Program-made: the position numbers and the translations under genes
The notes under the pieces: model-generated
Told to the model about the DNA's origin: nothing
The model's database searches: none
What the model saw: the letters and a program-made list of their open reading frames with translations, nothing else
Shown here: in pieces, positions 27,290-38,874 of the stretch
Layout: the number at the start of each line of letters is the position of its first letter
Numbering within the stretch: the first letter of the stretch is position 1
NCBI RefSeq assembly: GCF_004010195.1
Contig: NW_025215116.1
Coordinates: 1-58,648 of the forward strand
Direction: 5' to 3'
Source: Chiloscyllium plagiosum
Taxonomy: Eukaryota
DNA length: 58,648 nucleotides

Positions 27290-27955
27290 TGTTCTAACAA
27301 ATGTGAACGTACTGAGCTGCTTGGAAACATTTCTCCCCTGGCGCTTTACACAAGAAGATCGATTTATGATTGGCAGTGTTCTCTGGTAAAAGATTGAAAT
27401 TCATCTTTGTTGATTACGCATCATTGACAATAATTGTCACGTCTGATTGCATATTAACTTCCTTTCTCCAGTTCTCGCTTGTTTTGGTGTTCAATATTCT
27501 GATAGTCAGACGCATTGCAGAGTACGACATGGGCTTCAGCGCTGAAGTTTTGCAGAGAATCAGAATGACCAAGAGGCGTAGAAGCGAAGGAGATTGATTA
27601 TTCTTCACTTTTGACACTTTCGTGATTATATTGGCGACTCTGTTTGTTTATAATATGTATTTGTGAACTGCAAATATTGAATTTCATACCTCTGGCTCAG
27701 ATCTCCACCTCGTAAGAGAACGTTCTTCTGCCATGATATAGCTCCTCAGTATATATGCCAAAATTTTCATTTACACTGGAACACAGCAACAATTCAGGAA
27801 TAAGTTCAATAACAGTTTAAAATACCGACGAGAGTGCATTGTGAAATTAGTAATAGCTTGAGCTCTTTATAGTGACAGTAGACTTGTTCTTGGCGCAAAT
27901 ATGCAGACGGGAACACTGAAACAATGCCCAAGGCAGAATAAGCCTCCAGGGAAGA

Positions 27956-28431
27956 NNNNNNNNNNNNNNNNNNNNNNNNNNNNNNNNNNNNNNNNNNNNN
28001 NNNNNNNNNNNNNNNNNNNNNNNNNNNNNNNNNNNNNNNNNNNNNNNNNNNNNNNNNNNNNNNNNNNNNNNNNNNNNNNNNNNNNNNNNNNNNNNNNNNN
28101 NNNNNNNNNNNNNNNNNNNNNNNNNNNNNNNNNNNNNNNNNNNNNNNNNNNNNNNNNNNNNNNNNNNNNNNNNNNNNNNNNNNNNNNNNNNNNNNNNNNN
28201 NNNNNNNNNNNNNNNNNNNNNNNNNNNNNNNNNNNNNNNNNNNNNNNNNNNNNNNNNNNNNNNNNNNNNNNNNNNNNNNNNNNNNNNNNNNNNNNNNNNN
28301 NNNNNNNNNNNNNNNNNNNNNNNNNNNNNNNNNNNNNNNNNNNNNNNNNNNNNNNNNNNNNNNNNNNNNNNNNNNNNNNNNNNNNNNNNNNNNNNNNNNN
28401 NNNNNNNNNNNNNNNNNNNNNNNNNNNNNNN
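27956..28431. other. Assembly gap (N run); further gaps at 37121-37532, 38701-38874 and 44554-44683
   Basis: Runs of N in the sequence. Confidence 1.
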
Positions 28432-31420
28432 GAAAGGCGCAGCAGATCAGTCAGCATCCGAGGAGCAGGGAAATCGACTTTTCAGGCATAATTTCTTCAT
28501 CAAGATTGTGGCAGGGAAGGGTGATGACAGATCAATTGGCGGAAGTGGTGTTAAGGTGAAGGTAACGGGGAGGGTAATAGGTAGGTGTAGCCGGGGGTGA
28601 TAGTAAAAGATCGGGGAAGACGTTGGAACACATAGACGGGAAGGAACAGGGGCAGGTACAACAGTTCAAGAGGCCTGTGCCATGTTGAAGGGTTGAATCT
28701 GGGATGAGCTGGGGTGGGCGATGAGGAAATGGCGATTTCGGCGTTGATGCGGCGTCATTCGAGGTTGTGAGGTGGACGATGAGGAGTTCTTCCTCCAAGC
28801 ATCGTTGGCAAGTATTTGGCAAAGGATGACCAGAATTGCGTGTGCTTTGCGCTGTGGGAGGGGGAGATGATGTGATCTTCCACAAAGCGGTAGGGTTGTT
28901 TATTGCTTGTCTTCCAGAGATGTTCTCTGAAGCATTCCGCGAATTCGAGCATATCAGCCTCTTTCACTCCCCTGCATACAGTATCCCGCTTTTCACGAGC
29001 CTCAATTGTAGCTCCCCTAAAGGAGAAGACAACATATCGATATCAATGGGCACAGCATATAAGGTATTTCGATGTGCAGGAAAAGCTTTGCTGCATGTGG
29101 AAGTATCCTTTAGGGCCTTGGATAGAGGTGAGGGGGCTGGTATGGCCGCAGGATTTATATCTCTTGCAGTGACAAGGGAAGGTGCCGGGGGTGGAGTGCG
29201 GCATTGTGTGTTGTGTGGACCAGACGAGGGTGTCGCAGTGGGAATAGTCTCTGTGGAATGCTGGAGGGGTGGGGAGAGAAGTTATACCTCTGCTGCAGGG
29301 GTTTGATTGTTGGTGGCGGAAATCACGTAGGATGATGCTTTTTATCGATGGATTGGTGGTATGGATGGTGAGGACCAGTGGGGTTCTATTCTTATTCTGT
29401 TTGAAGGGGTGTGTTTCAAGGACGAGGGTAGGGAAGGCTGGAGAGCATTGATGACGTCTTGGGAAGGGGAAATTGCTCTCCTTGAAATAGGAGGCCATTT
29501 GAGATGTTCTGGCGTGGAAGTGCTCCTCCTGGGAGCAAGAACGACCGGAGCAGAGGATTTGGGATTAAGGCAAAGCGTTTCACAGGAGGGGGTGTGGGAG
29601 GATGAGTAATGCAGGTAGGTGCGGGAGTGGGTAGGATTGAATTTGTTGTCAGTGTTGTGTCAATTGCAGGAAATAAAGTTGAAAGTTCCAGGAAAGGGAC
29701 AGAGGTGTCTGTGAAGGTCCAAGTGAACTTGAGGTCAGGGTGGAAGGTGTTCGTGAAGTTGATCAAGCAGGCACCCACAGTGTCACCAATGTAACAGTGG
29801 AGGAAAAGTTGGGGATTGGTGCAACGTTAACTACTGAAGATGGATTGTTCCACATATACGATGGACAGGCAGGCATGACAGGGCCCCACGCGCGAGCTCA
29901 AGGCTTCACGTTTGGTCTGAAGAAAATGGAAGGATTCAAAGAAGACATTACTGAGGGTGAAGACAATTTCTGCCACTTGAATGAGTGTGTCAGTGATGTG
30001 GAACTGGAAGGGTTGTTGGAAGAGGAAGAAACTGAGGGCTGGCATGGCTTCACCATGATGGATGTATCGGTGTCGGTAATGGTTGCCCATGGTGAAGATG
30101 AGGCAATGACCACTGTGGAAACGAAAGTCATGGAGGAGGGGGAGGGCGTGGGTAGTGACCAGAATGTATGTGAGGAGTTAATCGAGCAACGTGGCACGGA
30201 TGCTGTCAAGATTTGAAAATACAGTTTTGGTGTGACAGGAGCATGCGTAGACGCTGCTTCGACTGGGGCAGACATGATTTTGAATTTTGTTTAAGAGGTA
30301 GAACCAGGGTGTGGGATTTCGGGATAATGAGGTGGGAGGCTGTGGATACGAGATGCCTGAGATCATAAGATTGTGGATGGTCTGGGTTTGGTGATGAAAG
30401 GTGAGGAGGATCCCTGAAAATGCACCTGACATCAGCAGTGCAGAGTTCTGACCGCCACACAAATACTGCGCTCCACCTTGTCTGCTGGTTTGATGGTGAC
30501 TTTGGGTTTGGAGCCGAATGACTTGAGGAGGGCGCATTGTGAGCATGACAGATTGTAGTGTGTGAAAGGAGTGGGCAGATTGAGGTGTCGATGTAATGGC
30601 AGCAGTTGAATGTGAAGCGGGTGGGGACGGGTAACAGACCAACACAGGTTGACCAATGGATGGATTATATTAAAGGCAGGAGACAGAATCCTCAGAGGGT
30701 GGGAGGGAGTCCTGATGGCAACAGTAAGCATGGAGACAGAGGCAGCAGAAGAAAAAATGATGTTGGAACGTGTGTTGAATTCGTTAACTCAGGACCAAAG
30801 TGCAAGAAGGTCAGACATTAACTGAGGACTGAACGTTCATTCTCGGTAAGGCCGAGGTCTGAGGATGGTAAAGAAAACCTCGGCAAGGCTGCAGTTAAGA
30901 ACCTAGTGGAGCGGTGTAGATGTGAGAGGGCAGAGACTGCTTTGGGAGTGGTTGTGGTCATGGTATTATTTGAGCCGCCATCAAAGGATGTGCTGTTAAC
31001 TGTCGTGATCGGGGGCAGAGCTGGTGTATTCATTGGCATCCCCGGCGATTTAACTGACCTTACGTATGACATTAGTGGTGTCTTTTGTGGCGGCTGTAGT
31101 GATTGACTTCAGTGGCCATGGGAATACTTCAGGCGGAAGTGGCGTTGCGGGTAGACTTGGTGTGTTTTCGCCGGGGGTGGACCAACCCACCTAAAAAAGT
31201 ACATCACCGTTCCCACATTGTGATTGAATTTCTCTCCCAGAATCCCCTCCCGAGTGGAACTGTGGCTGCTCCAAAAGCACTTAAAAAGCAAAACTTCAAG
31301 TCGACAGCTCACAACCACCTTATGAAGGAGTTATTCGGGCGAGGGAAAAATCCTGCCCCAGCCCAGAAGAATGAGAGATTGCGTCCACAGACAATTATCA
31401 GAGTGTGTACCCCGTGAAAT
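28432..31420 (-). mobile_element. Penelope-like retroelement (RT plus GIY-YIG endonuclease), near full-length, decayed
   Basis: Minus: WFYLLNKIQNHVCP, FVFESFHFLQTKREALSSRVGPCHACL, INFTNTFHPDLKFTWTFTDTSVPFLEL, RTPLVLTIHTTNPSIKSIILRDFRH, PGTFPCHCKRYKSC...QSFSCTSKYLICC, EFAECFREHL. The terminus has a degenerate hammerhead core at 28470-28507. Confidence 0.88.
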
Positions 31421-31819
31421 TGCGGCTTGAATACCTTCTGGCCATTGTTTGATAAGCGAGATTTTCAACAGAGTTTGTGAATATTTGACTGTGCTCTTCC
31501 TATATTCTAAACTTTACTTTTAGGGGATTATACAGAATTTCACAGTCCCTTTATCAGTTCAATATCCTCTGCCTCCAGCAGTAACACGTTTCCCTCCCCT
31601 CTCTCTCGGAGTTCTCTCTGTCTCGTCTGAATTCATGCATTTCTGGTCCTGCACAGGCTCCACTGTTCTGTGAGTCATTGTGAACATCATGTGACCAATC
31701 TCATTCTTGAATTTCTATTCCAAACCGTTCCCTATCCTGTCACAGATATCTTTGTCCTTTTCAGGTCTGCAGCGTTGTCCAATGTCGAAGACTTGTACAA
31801 TTTGCTGCATCATTATTAC

Positions 31820-31890
31820 AGCAGCCTGGTGTTGTGTGATTTTTAACTTTGTAAACCCCAGTCCAACACCGCAACTCCAAATCATGACAA
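31820..31890 (+). mobile_element. Short Penelope-type terminal fragment
   Basis: cctggtgttgtgtgatttttaac matches the reverse complement of 4340-4365. Confidence 0.6.
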
Positions 31891-31914
31891 CCTCGTGTAT
31901 CGGATGACTGCACG

Positions 31915-34387
31915 CTGAACAGCAGCGGACACCGGAAGCCTGAGTCAGTAAGGTAATATATTGGAGAGATTGCTTTACCCGAAGCACTATTCATGTCGTC
32001 GGGCCCACCCATACTCCTCCTGTGATTAATAATAATTCTTCTGTGCGCCAGCTTGGAAAACGTTATGAGTTTATCATTTTCAATTGTCTCTTTCGGAATT
32101 CAGGACAGTGGTAATGGCTGTTAGGGCATTTGATTGTTCCTTCTATAGATTGTGGGAGTTAAGGATCACGGGTCGCGTCCCCACTGACTTTAACGGCTGG
32201 AGGTGCACCCAACAAAAACTGCTTGGATACCAGATGAGGTGACTGGAGCTGGAGCGAGATGAACTTTTGAACATTCGGGAGCCTGAAAGGGTAATCGAGA
32301 GGAGTTACAGGGAGGTAGGCGCACCGCCGGTACAGACAAAAAAGGTACATGGTTTACAGTCAGGGGACAGAAAGGAAACAGGCAAACAAAGCATGAATCT
32401 CCTGTGAACGTTCCCCTTAATAACAAGTATGCTGCTTTGGACACATTTGAGGGGACGATATACCAGTGGTAACATGTGATACATGTCTCCAGCAGAGAGT
32501 CTGTCTCTGTTGCTGAGAAGAGGAGGAGATCGTTGTCATTGTGGACTACATAATTAGGGGGACAGATAGGCGATAATTTGGGAACGAGAGAGAGTCACAT
32601 TTTGTGTGATGCCTTCCACGTTCCAGGGTATGTGATTTCTCGGATCGTCTTTTCAGGATCCTTAAGGGGGAAGGGAAAACAGCCGCAAGCCTTGATCCAC
32701 ACAAGCACGAAAGACATGTGTCGGAAATTGGCTGTGGATGTTAGCAAAAAATCCAGGTAGCTCGTGTGGAAGCTTGGAGCTAGATCAAGCAGAGCTGTGA
32801 TCTCTGCTTTGCTATACATGCCACGTGCCATCGAGGCGATGAATAGACAGATTCCGAGAGTACGTGGTAGCAGAGACGCTGAAGGAGGGAAGGTTTGTAT
32901 ACCTGGATAATTGGGGCTCAATCTGTGCTAGGTGGTACCTCTACAAACGCGAAGGAATGCACCTGAACTAGCGGAAAACCAAAAACCTCTGGGGGAAAAT
33001 TTGTTCATACGCTTCAGAAGAGATTACATGAATTCAGCACGGGGATGGTAAACTAAACTGCAGATCCATTGAACGAGAGGTTGAAAGTACTAAGATCATA
33101 AATAAATTTTCAAGGTGGCAGGAGTGTATCAGCAATCGGGAAGTTGATTTGAAGAATGTCTACTTCCACGCCAGGAGCATCTGGAAAAGAAAACCTGGTT
33201 GAACCTGCAGCATCGGTTGGAAACTGGGACTTCGAAATTGTGCCATTTTGGAACATGGATAGACCAAGTACAGGAACAGTTGTTGCAGGGTCTGGGGTGT
33301 TGATGTTAAAGAAAGTGCAGGAAAGGTGATAAAAGGTGAGGTGTGCATTGTTAGTCAAGAACAGTGTTGAAGTGGTAGAACGGACGTTTGTTGAGAACTC
33401 ATCTACTGATGTAATATGGTCTGAGGTTAGAAGCAGGAAATGATAGGTCAAAGCATTGTGAGTTTTCTATAGACTTTCGAAAAATTACATAGATTTTTTG
33501 GAAAGAATTGCAATGATGATTCCAGATAGGAGCAAAAGTAACATCGTGGTTGTTATGGGGTCTTAACTTTGCAAATGATGACTGGGAAACGCTATTCTTC
33601 GAGTCCAGCATTTATTTCAAAGTGTGCTGGAGGGTTTCCTGACATACTATGTAGATAGGCCGACAAAAGCAGAGTCCACATTGGATCATGTACTGGGTAA
33701 TGAACCTAGCCACATGTTAGGTCTGGAGGTAGGTGTGTACTTTGATGATAGTGACCATAATTCGGTTACGTTTATGTCAGCGATTGAAACAGAAAGCTAT
33801 ATACCACAGGGCATGACTTACACTTGTAGGGAAGCCAATTACGATGCCATTAGGCAAGATCAAAGATGCAGTGGATGGGGAAGGAAACAGCAGTGTGTGG
33901 GCAAAATGTAAATGTGGAGCTTGTTCAAGGAAGAGCTACTGCATGCCTTGATAAAGTCTGCACTTCTCATACAGTGAGGACGATTTCGAGCGAGGGAGCC
34001 GTGGTTTACCAAAGTCGTTGAATCTCATATCAAGAGGAAGAAAGTGGACGATGTAAAGATGAGACGTAAAGGCTCAGTTGTGGGGCTTGAGAGTTACGCG
34101 TTAGCCAGAAAGGACCGAAAGAAACAGCGAAGAGGAGCGAGAGGCAACATGAGAAGTGATTTGCAGGTAGAATCAATTAAAACTCTCAAGCTTTCGATAG
34201 GTATGTCAAAAATAAAAGAATGACGAGAGTAAGATTACGGCCAGTCAAGAGAGTTTTGGCAAGTTGTGCACAGAGTGCGAGGAGCGAGGAGAGGAGCTAA
34301 ATGAACATTTTTCGTTAGCATTAACGCAAGAAAAGTCAATGACTTCGAGGGAATACTGATATAGAGGCTGTCAGAAGACACAGGATT
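31915..34387 (+). mobile_element. CR1 LINE 5' half (5' UTR, ORF1, APE endonuclease), decayed
   Basis: Collinear with 40.1-42.4 kb: gactggagctggag, VPLNNKYAALDT, FLTYYVDRPT...LDHVLGNEP...SDHNSVTF; interrupted at ~34.39 kb by an LTR element. Confidence 0.85.
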
Positions 34388-36540
34388 GTGTGTTTTTGAA
34401 TGCAAATGTACATGCAAAAATGTGTACATCTCGGTATGTATATGTCTGTGTGCGTCAACATGTGCATAATGATATATTTGTTTGCATAAGTAGCATGAAG
34501 ATGTATAGGTTTTGGGACGAAGCTGTTCCTTTAACAAGATTAAGTTATCCTTCGCAGAGAGGTTGGAAAGATACATGTTGGAATGTCTGAGTTTGCAAGG
34601 TTTTACAGCCAATTTGTTTATAGCTAATCGATACTGCGACAGCCAAAATGCTATCAAGATAAAAAAAAAAACAATTCTACAATGAGAAGTGAGTGGCTAG
34701 TTCTCCCAGACCAGCTTTTCTCTGGTAGTTTAGTATTAACAGTAGTGAAGAAAGGCTGCTGGAAGCCGGTCTTGACGCGTTCTCTCTCACTCTCTCTGAC
34801 TTCAACCATGAAAGAACTTGATTTAATTTTACCTTTTGTGCTAAGTGCTGCTTATGGGGATTATTGCAAGCATTTTAGAACTGCATCATTAAGTTGGCGG
34901 ATCTGTTGGTTCATGGATAGAAGACGTTATTCGGTATTACTTTTTTGTACTTGGTGTTTCATTCAGTAATTTCGTAAATAATTTCTATTTTGTTTGAACT
35001 GATTTGACAAACTGATTCTCCCTGGAGCAAATAATTCCCACCTGCTGAAAATAATTAGCAAAGATAGGTTTCAGGCTACCTTCTTGAAATGTTTTGATGG
35101 GTCTGGCCTGATCCATGACAGATTTGCGGCTCTGTTCGGAGTTTGCTCTGTTGTTCCAAATTGGGATTAGGTATGTCGGACTCAAAGGCAGTGAGTTGTA
35201 GGTGTTTTATTCTCGGTACTAAATTTGCTCGGTTAAAACAGTGTTTGGGATAGCGATGGCTCTTTCAATCACCAAGGTGTTTTGTTGGGTGGAAAAAGTG
35301 ACCTTGGGGATTATACAAAAGTTGGGTAAGACCATGTTGCTGAAATTAGCAGGGAAGCTGGAGATGCAGCTGCCTACATAAAACGAAGGACGAAGAGCAA
35401 TAGCTCAGCATTTAAATTTACTCTGTACACCATCAGAATATTTGAAGATGGCCAAACCTTAAAGTAAAATAAAGCAGCCTGCGTTACAGGCAAAAGGCAA
35501 GGAAAGGACAATAAAACTGAACAGTATGAATTACGATTCAAAGCAGAACACATAAAAAAAAATGAATGGATTTATCACAAGACAGAGAGAAATAGAGAGA
35601 TCGTTTGAACTTAATAGTGTGACACTGAGACAGAAAACGCAGCTGAAAATGATGGAGATAAAAGCTGAAGCTAAGTTCTGTGAGAGAGAGTGAGAATGAA
35701 CAAACCCTTAGCAGCCAAGTACCTGGTGGGGATCTGTTTAAATATACTCAAGCTGTGCCTAAATTCGATGAGTAGGATATTGAAGCCTTCTTCATCTCAT
35801 TTGGAAGTGATGTTAAACAGATTACGTGACCAATGCTCATATGGTTGCCGATCCAAACAAAACTCACCTGTTTTGTCCCTTTCAAGGGTAGAAATAGTGA
35901 GGAAATGCCAAAATGATCAGAGGATGTAGCTGGAGCTTATGCAGAGGCGATGAAAGCAATCTTAAGTGCATATGAGTTTGTGTCAGACGACTTCAGACAA
36001 TGTTTCATGAAACTATGGCGGGACGTTGGTCAAAACTCCATTGAGTTTGAAAGGATGAAAAAAAGCAATTTTGAAAGGTAAATAAGGGTGGTAAAAATGG
36101 AGGAAAGCTACGACTCTGTGAGAGAGACAACTATTTTGGAGGAGTTCAAAAATCCACTTCCTGAATTACTGAGAGCTCATATGGAAGAGCAGAGAGGTAA
36201 AAGGACAAGATTAGCTGCTGAGATAGCTGATGATGATGAGTTGGAACAGAAAAGAAAGGTTGAGAAATTGAGGAAATGACAAATTTTCACGTGAAAAATG
36301 AAAGGTCAAACTCGGTGTAGATCATAAGGATGACTTACAACAGTGTCAAAAAGAAACACTGGAAGGGGACAAAGCAGGTAAGAAGTTCCGGTGTTTTCAC
36401 TGCAATAAGGTAGTCCCATGAAATCATCATGTTGGTCGGTTTGGAAAAGTACTGGAAAATTGAGTCTATGAAAACCGGATAAGCATGTGAATTTTGTCGG
36501 AGTGGTAATAGAAAGCACCGTGGATGCTGCACCAGAAGGT
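34388..36540 (+). mobile_element. Second Gmr1-like LTR element: 5' LTR, PBS and gag with SCAN-like capsid region and CCHC knuckle
   Basis: LTR ends ...gatccatgaCA at ~35119, followed by degenerate PBS-like tttgcggctctgttcgg. gag reads MALSITKVFCWVEKVTLG...; PKFDE*DIEAFFISF; KAILSAYEFVSDDFRQCF...VRETTILEEFKNPLP...LAAEIADDDEL; RCFHCNKV. The LTR 5' boundary is uncertain. Confidence 0.82.
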
Positions 36541-36940
36541 ACAAGCTAGTCGAAGATTGTTTAAGAACTTCGATGTCGTAGCCATTTCGGAGACATGGAT
36601 AGAGCAGTGTGTCGAATGGATGCTGCAGGTTCCAGGATTTAAATCTTTCATTCAACAGGCAAGGCGGTGAAAGAGGGGGAGGCGTGGCCTTGTTAGTCAA
36701 AGATAGCATAACGGTGGCTGAGAGACCTTTTGATGAGGACTCGTCTACTAAGGTAGTGTGGGCTGAGGTTAGAAAGAGGAGAGGAGAGGTCACACTGCTT
36801 GGAGTTTGTTTATAGGCCTCCGCAGAGTTCCAGGAAAATGGAAGACGGGATTGGCAAAATTATTCTGGGGAGGAGTGAAAGGAACAGGGTGGTTATTATG
36901 GGGGACTTTATCTTCCCCAACATTGATTGGAAATGTTACA

Positions 36941-37756
36941 TGAAAAATTGATGACTGCAGATGCGGGAGATCAGAGCTGAAAATGTGTTGCTGGAAAAGT
37001 GCAGCAGGTCAGGCAGCATCCAAGGAGCAGGAGAATCGACGTTTCGGGCACAAGCCCTTCTTCAGGAATGAGGAAAGTGTGCCAAGCAAGCTAAGATAAA
37101 AGGTAGTGAGGAGGGACTTGNNNNNNNNNNNNNNNNNNNNNNNNNNNNNNNNNNNNNNNNNNNNNNNNNNNNNNNNNNNNNNNNNNNNNNNNNNNNNNNN
37201 NNNNNNNNNNNNNNNNNNNNNNNNNNNNNNNNNNNNNNNNNNNNNNNNNNNNNNNNNNNNNNNNNNNNNNNNNNNNNNNNNNNNNNNNNNNNNNNNNNNN
37301 NNNNNNNNNNNNNNNNNNNNNNNNNNNNNNNNNNNNNNNNNNNNNNNNNNNNNNNNNNNNNNNNNNNNNNNNNNNNNNNNNNNNNNNNNNNNNNNNNNNN
37401 NNNNNNNNNNNNNNNNNNNNNNNNNNNNNNNNNNNNNNNNNNNNNNNNNNNNNNNNNNNNNNNNNNNNNNNNNNNNNNNNNNNNNNNNNNNNNNNNNNNN
37501 NNNNNNNNNNNNNNNNNNNNNNNNNNNNNNNNGAGGGAAATATATCCCTGGTGATGGGGTCCGTTTGGAGATGGCGGAAATGACGATGGATGATACGATG
37601 TACAAGGAGGTTGGTGGGGTGGAACGTGATGACCAGTGCGGTTCTGTCCTGGTCGCGATTGGAGGGGTGGGGCTCCAGTGCGGAGGAGCGGGAAGTGGAG
37701 GAGATACGGTGGAGAGCATCGTCGACCACGTCTGGGGGAAAATTGCGGTCTTTGAA
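36941..37756 (-). mobile_element. Young 5'-truncated Penelope-like insertion with 11-bp target-site duplication
   Basis: GAAATGTTACA at 36930-36940 and 37757-37767; minus ORF DRTALVITFHPTNLLVHRIIHRHFRHLQTDPITRDIFP; spans an N gap. Confidence 0.88.
37033..37070 (-). ncRNA. Minimal type I hammerhead ribozyme motif in PLE terminus
   Basis: Minus: cauuc-CUGAAGA-A-GGGC-uugu-GCCC-GAA-ACGU-C-gauuc. Conserved CUGANGA and GAAA boxes, perfect helix II, palindromic ACGU as helix III, GUC cleavage triplet; helix I is short and imperfect. Confidence 0.72.
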
Positions 37757-38874
37757 GAAATGTTACAGCTCTTGTACGTCAGTTGGACCAGTTTTTTTTT
37801 ACAATGTGTAAAAGAGGGTTTCGTGACCCAGTATGTCGAAGGGCCGACAAGGTGGGAGGCCACACTGAATCTGGTGCTTGGTAATGAACCAGGCCAGGTG
37901 TTTAATTTAGTTGTAGGTGAGCACTTTGGAGAGAGTGACCATAATTCAGCTACGTTTAGTTTAGCGATGGAAAGGGATAGCTACATGCCACAGTTCTAGA
38001 GTTATCGTTGGAGCAAGGGTAATTATAATGCGATTAGGCAAGAATTAGGATCATAGAATGGGGTAGCAAAACGTAGGGGGTGCAGACAAACGAAATGTGG
38101 AACTGGTTTGACGAACAGATACTGCGTGCCCTTGATAGGTATATTTCTGTCAGGCAGGGAGGAAGTGATAGGGTAAGGGAACCGTGCTTTACTACAGAAA
38201 TTGCGTCTCTTGTTAAGAATATGGAAGAGGCTTAAGTGTTGATGAGGCAAGCTGGTACAGAAAAGGCGATGGAGAGTTACAGATCAGCAAGTAAGGATTG
38301 AAAGAGAGAGTTAAGAAGAGCAAAGAGATGACACGAACAGTCTTTATAGAATGCAGCATACAGAATAAAGGAGAACACTAAAACTTTCCATAGGTATGTG
38401 AAGAATGGAAGGATAATTAGGGTGGGAATAGGACCAGTCAAAGACAGAATTGGGTATTTGAGCGTGGACCCTGTAGAGATCAGAATGGTGATAAATGAAC
38501 ATTTCTCATCGGTGTTCACTCAGGAAAAGGAGAATAGTGTCGAGGAGAAGGATGAGGTACGAGATATTCGACTAGATAGGATTGAGGTTAGTTACGCACA
38601 GGTGTTATGAATTCTAGAAGGAGTGAAAGTAGACAAGTCCCCTGGGCCGAATGGGATTTATCGGAGAATTCTCTGGGAAGCTAAGGAGGAGATAGCAGAA
38701 NNNNNNNNNNNNNNNNNNNNNNNNNNNNNNNNNNNNNNNNNNNNNNNNNNNNNNNNNNNNNNNNNNNNNNNNNNNNNNNNNNNNNNNNNNNNNNNNNNNN
38801 NNNNNNNNNNNNNNNNNNNNNNNNNNNNNNNNNNNNNNNNNNNNNNNNNNNNNNNNNNNNNNNNNNNNNNNNNN

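Larger units (their letters stand above)
20536..27861 (+). pseudogene. GPR139/GPR142-like class A GPCR pseudogene, two exons (20536-20604; 25531-27861), exon 2 split by CR1
   Basis: Exon 1 MEYALTFKVEHIYYPIPPAVVNP followed by gtaagt. Exon 2: RGNCSLFKCIFHY, ILRWIAAIYFRDSLLLITP, SLWLTVTATFDRFVAI*CEKL (DRF motif); after the CR1, VLSCLETFLPW, DCILTSFLQFSLVLVFNILIVRRI, ENQNDQEA*KRRRLIIL, LLSIYAKIFIYTGTQQQFR...IVKLVIA*. In-frame stops, frameshifts, deletions and an AG>AA acceptor change. Confidence 0.85.
36545..38700 (+). mobile_element. CR1 ORF2 endonuclease/tether fragment, interrupted by a PLE
   Basis: FDVVAISETW, GGGVALLVKDSITVAER, VIMGDFIFPNIDWKCY then (after the insert) FVTQYVEGPTRWEATLNLVLGNEPG...ESDHNS, KVDKSPGPNGIY. 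Confidence 0.88.

Noticed and set aside
27867..28491. ORFs spanning N gaps (also 37009-37999, 38623-39071, 44392-44829)
   Set aside because: Their length is an artefact of unknown bases.
717..36540. The two Gmr1 pieces (pol plus 3' LTR on minus; 5' LTR plus gag on plus) as halves of one element split by an inversion
   Set aside because: Their coverage is complementary, but the LTR sequences (717-1706 versus ~34.5-35.1 kb) show no visible similarity, so they look like different families.
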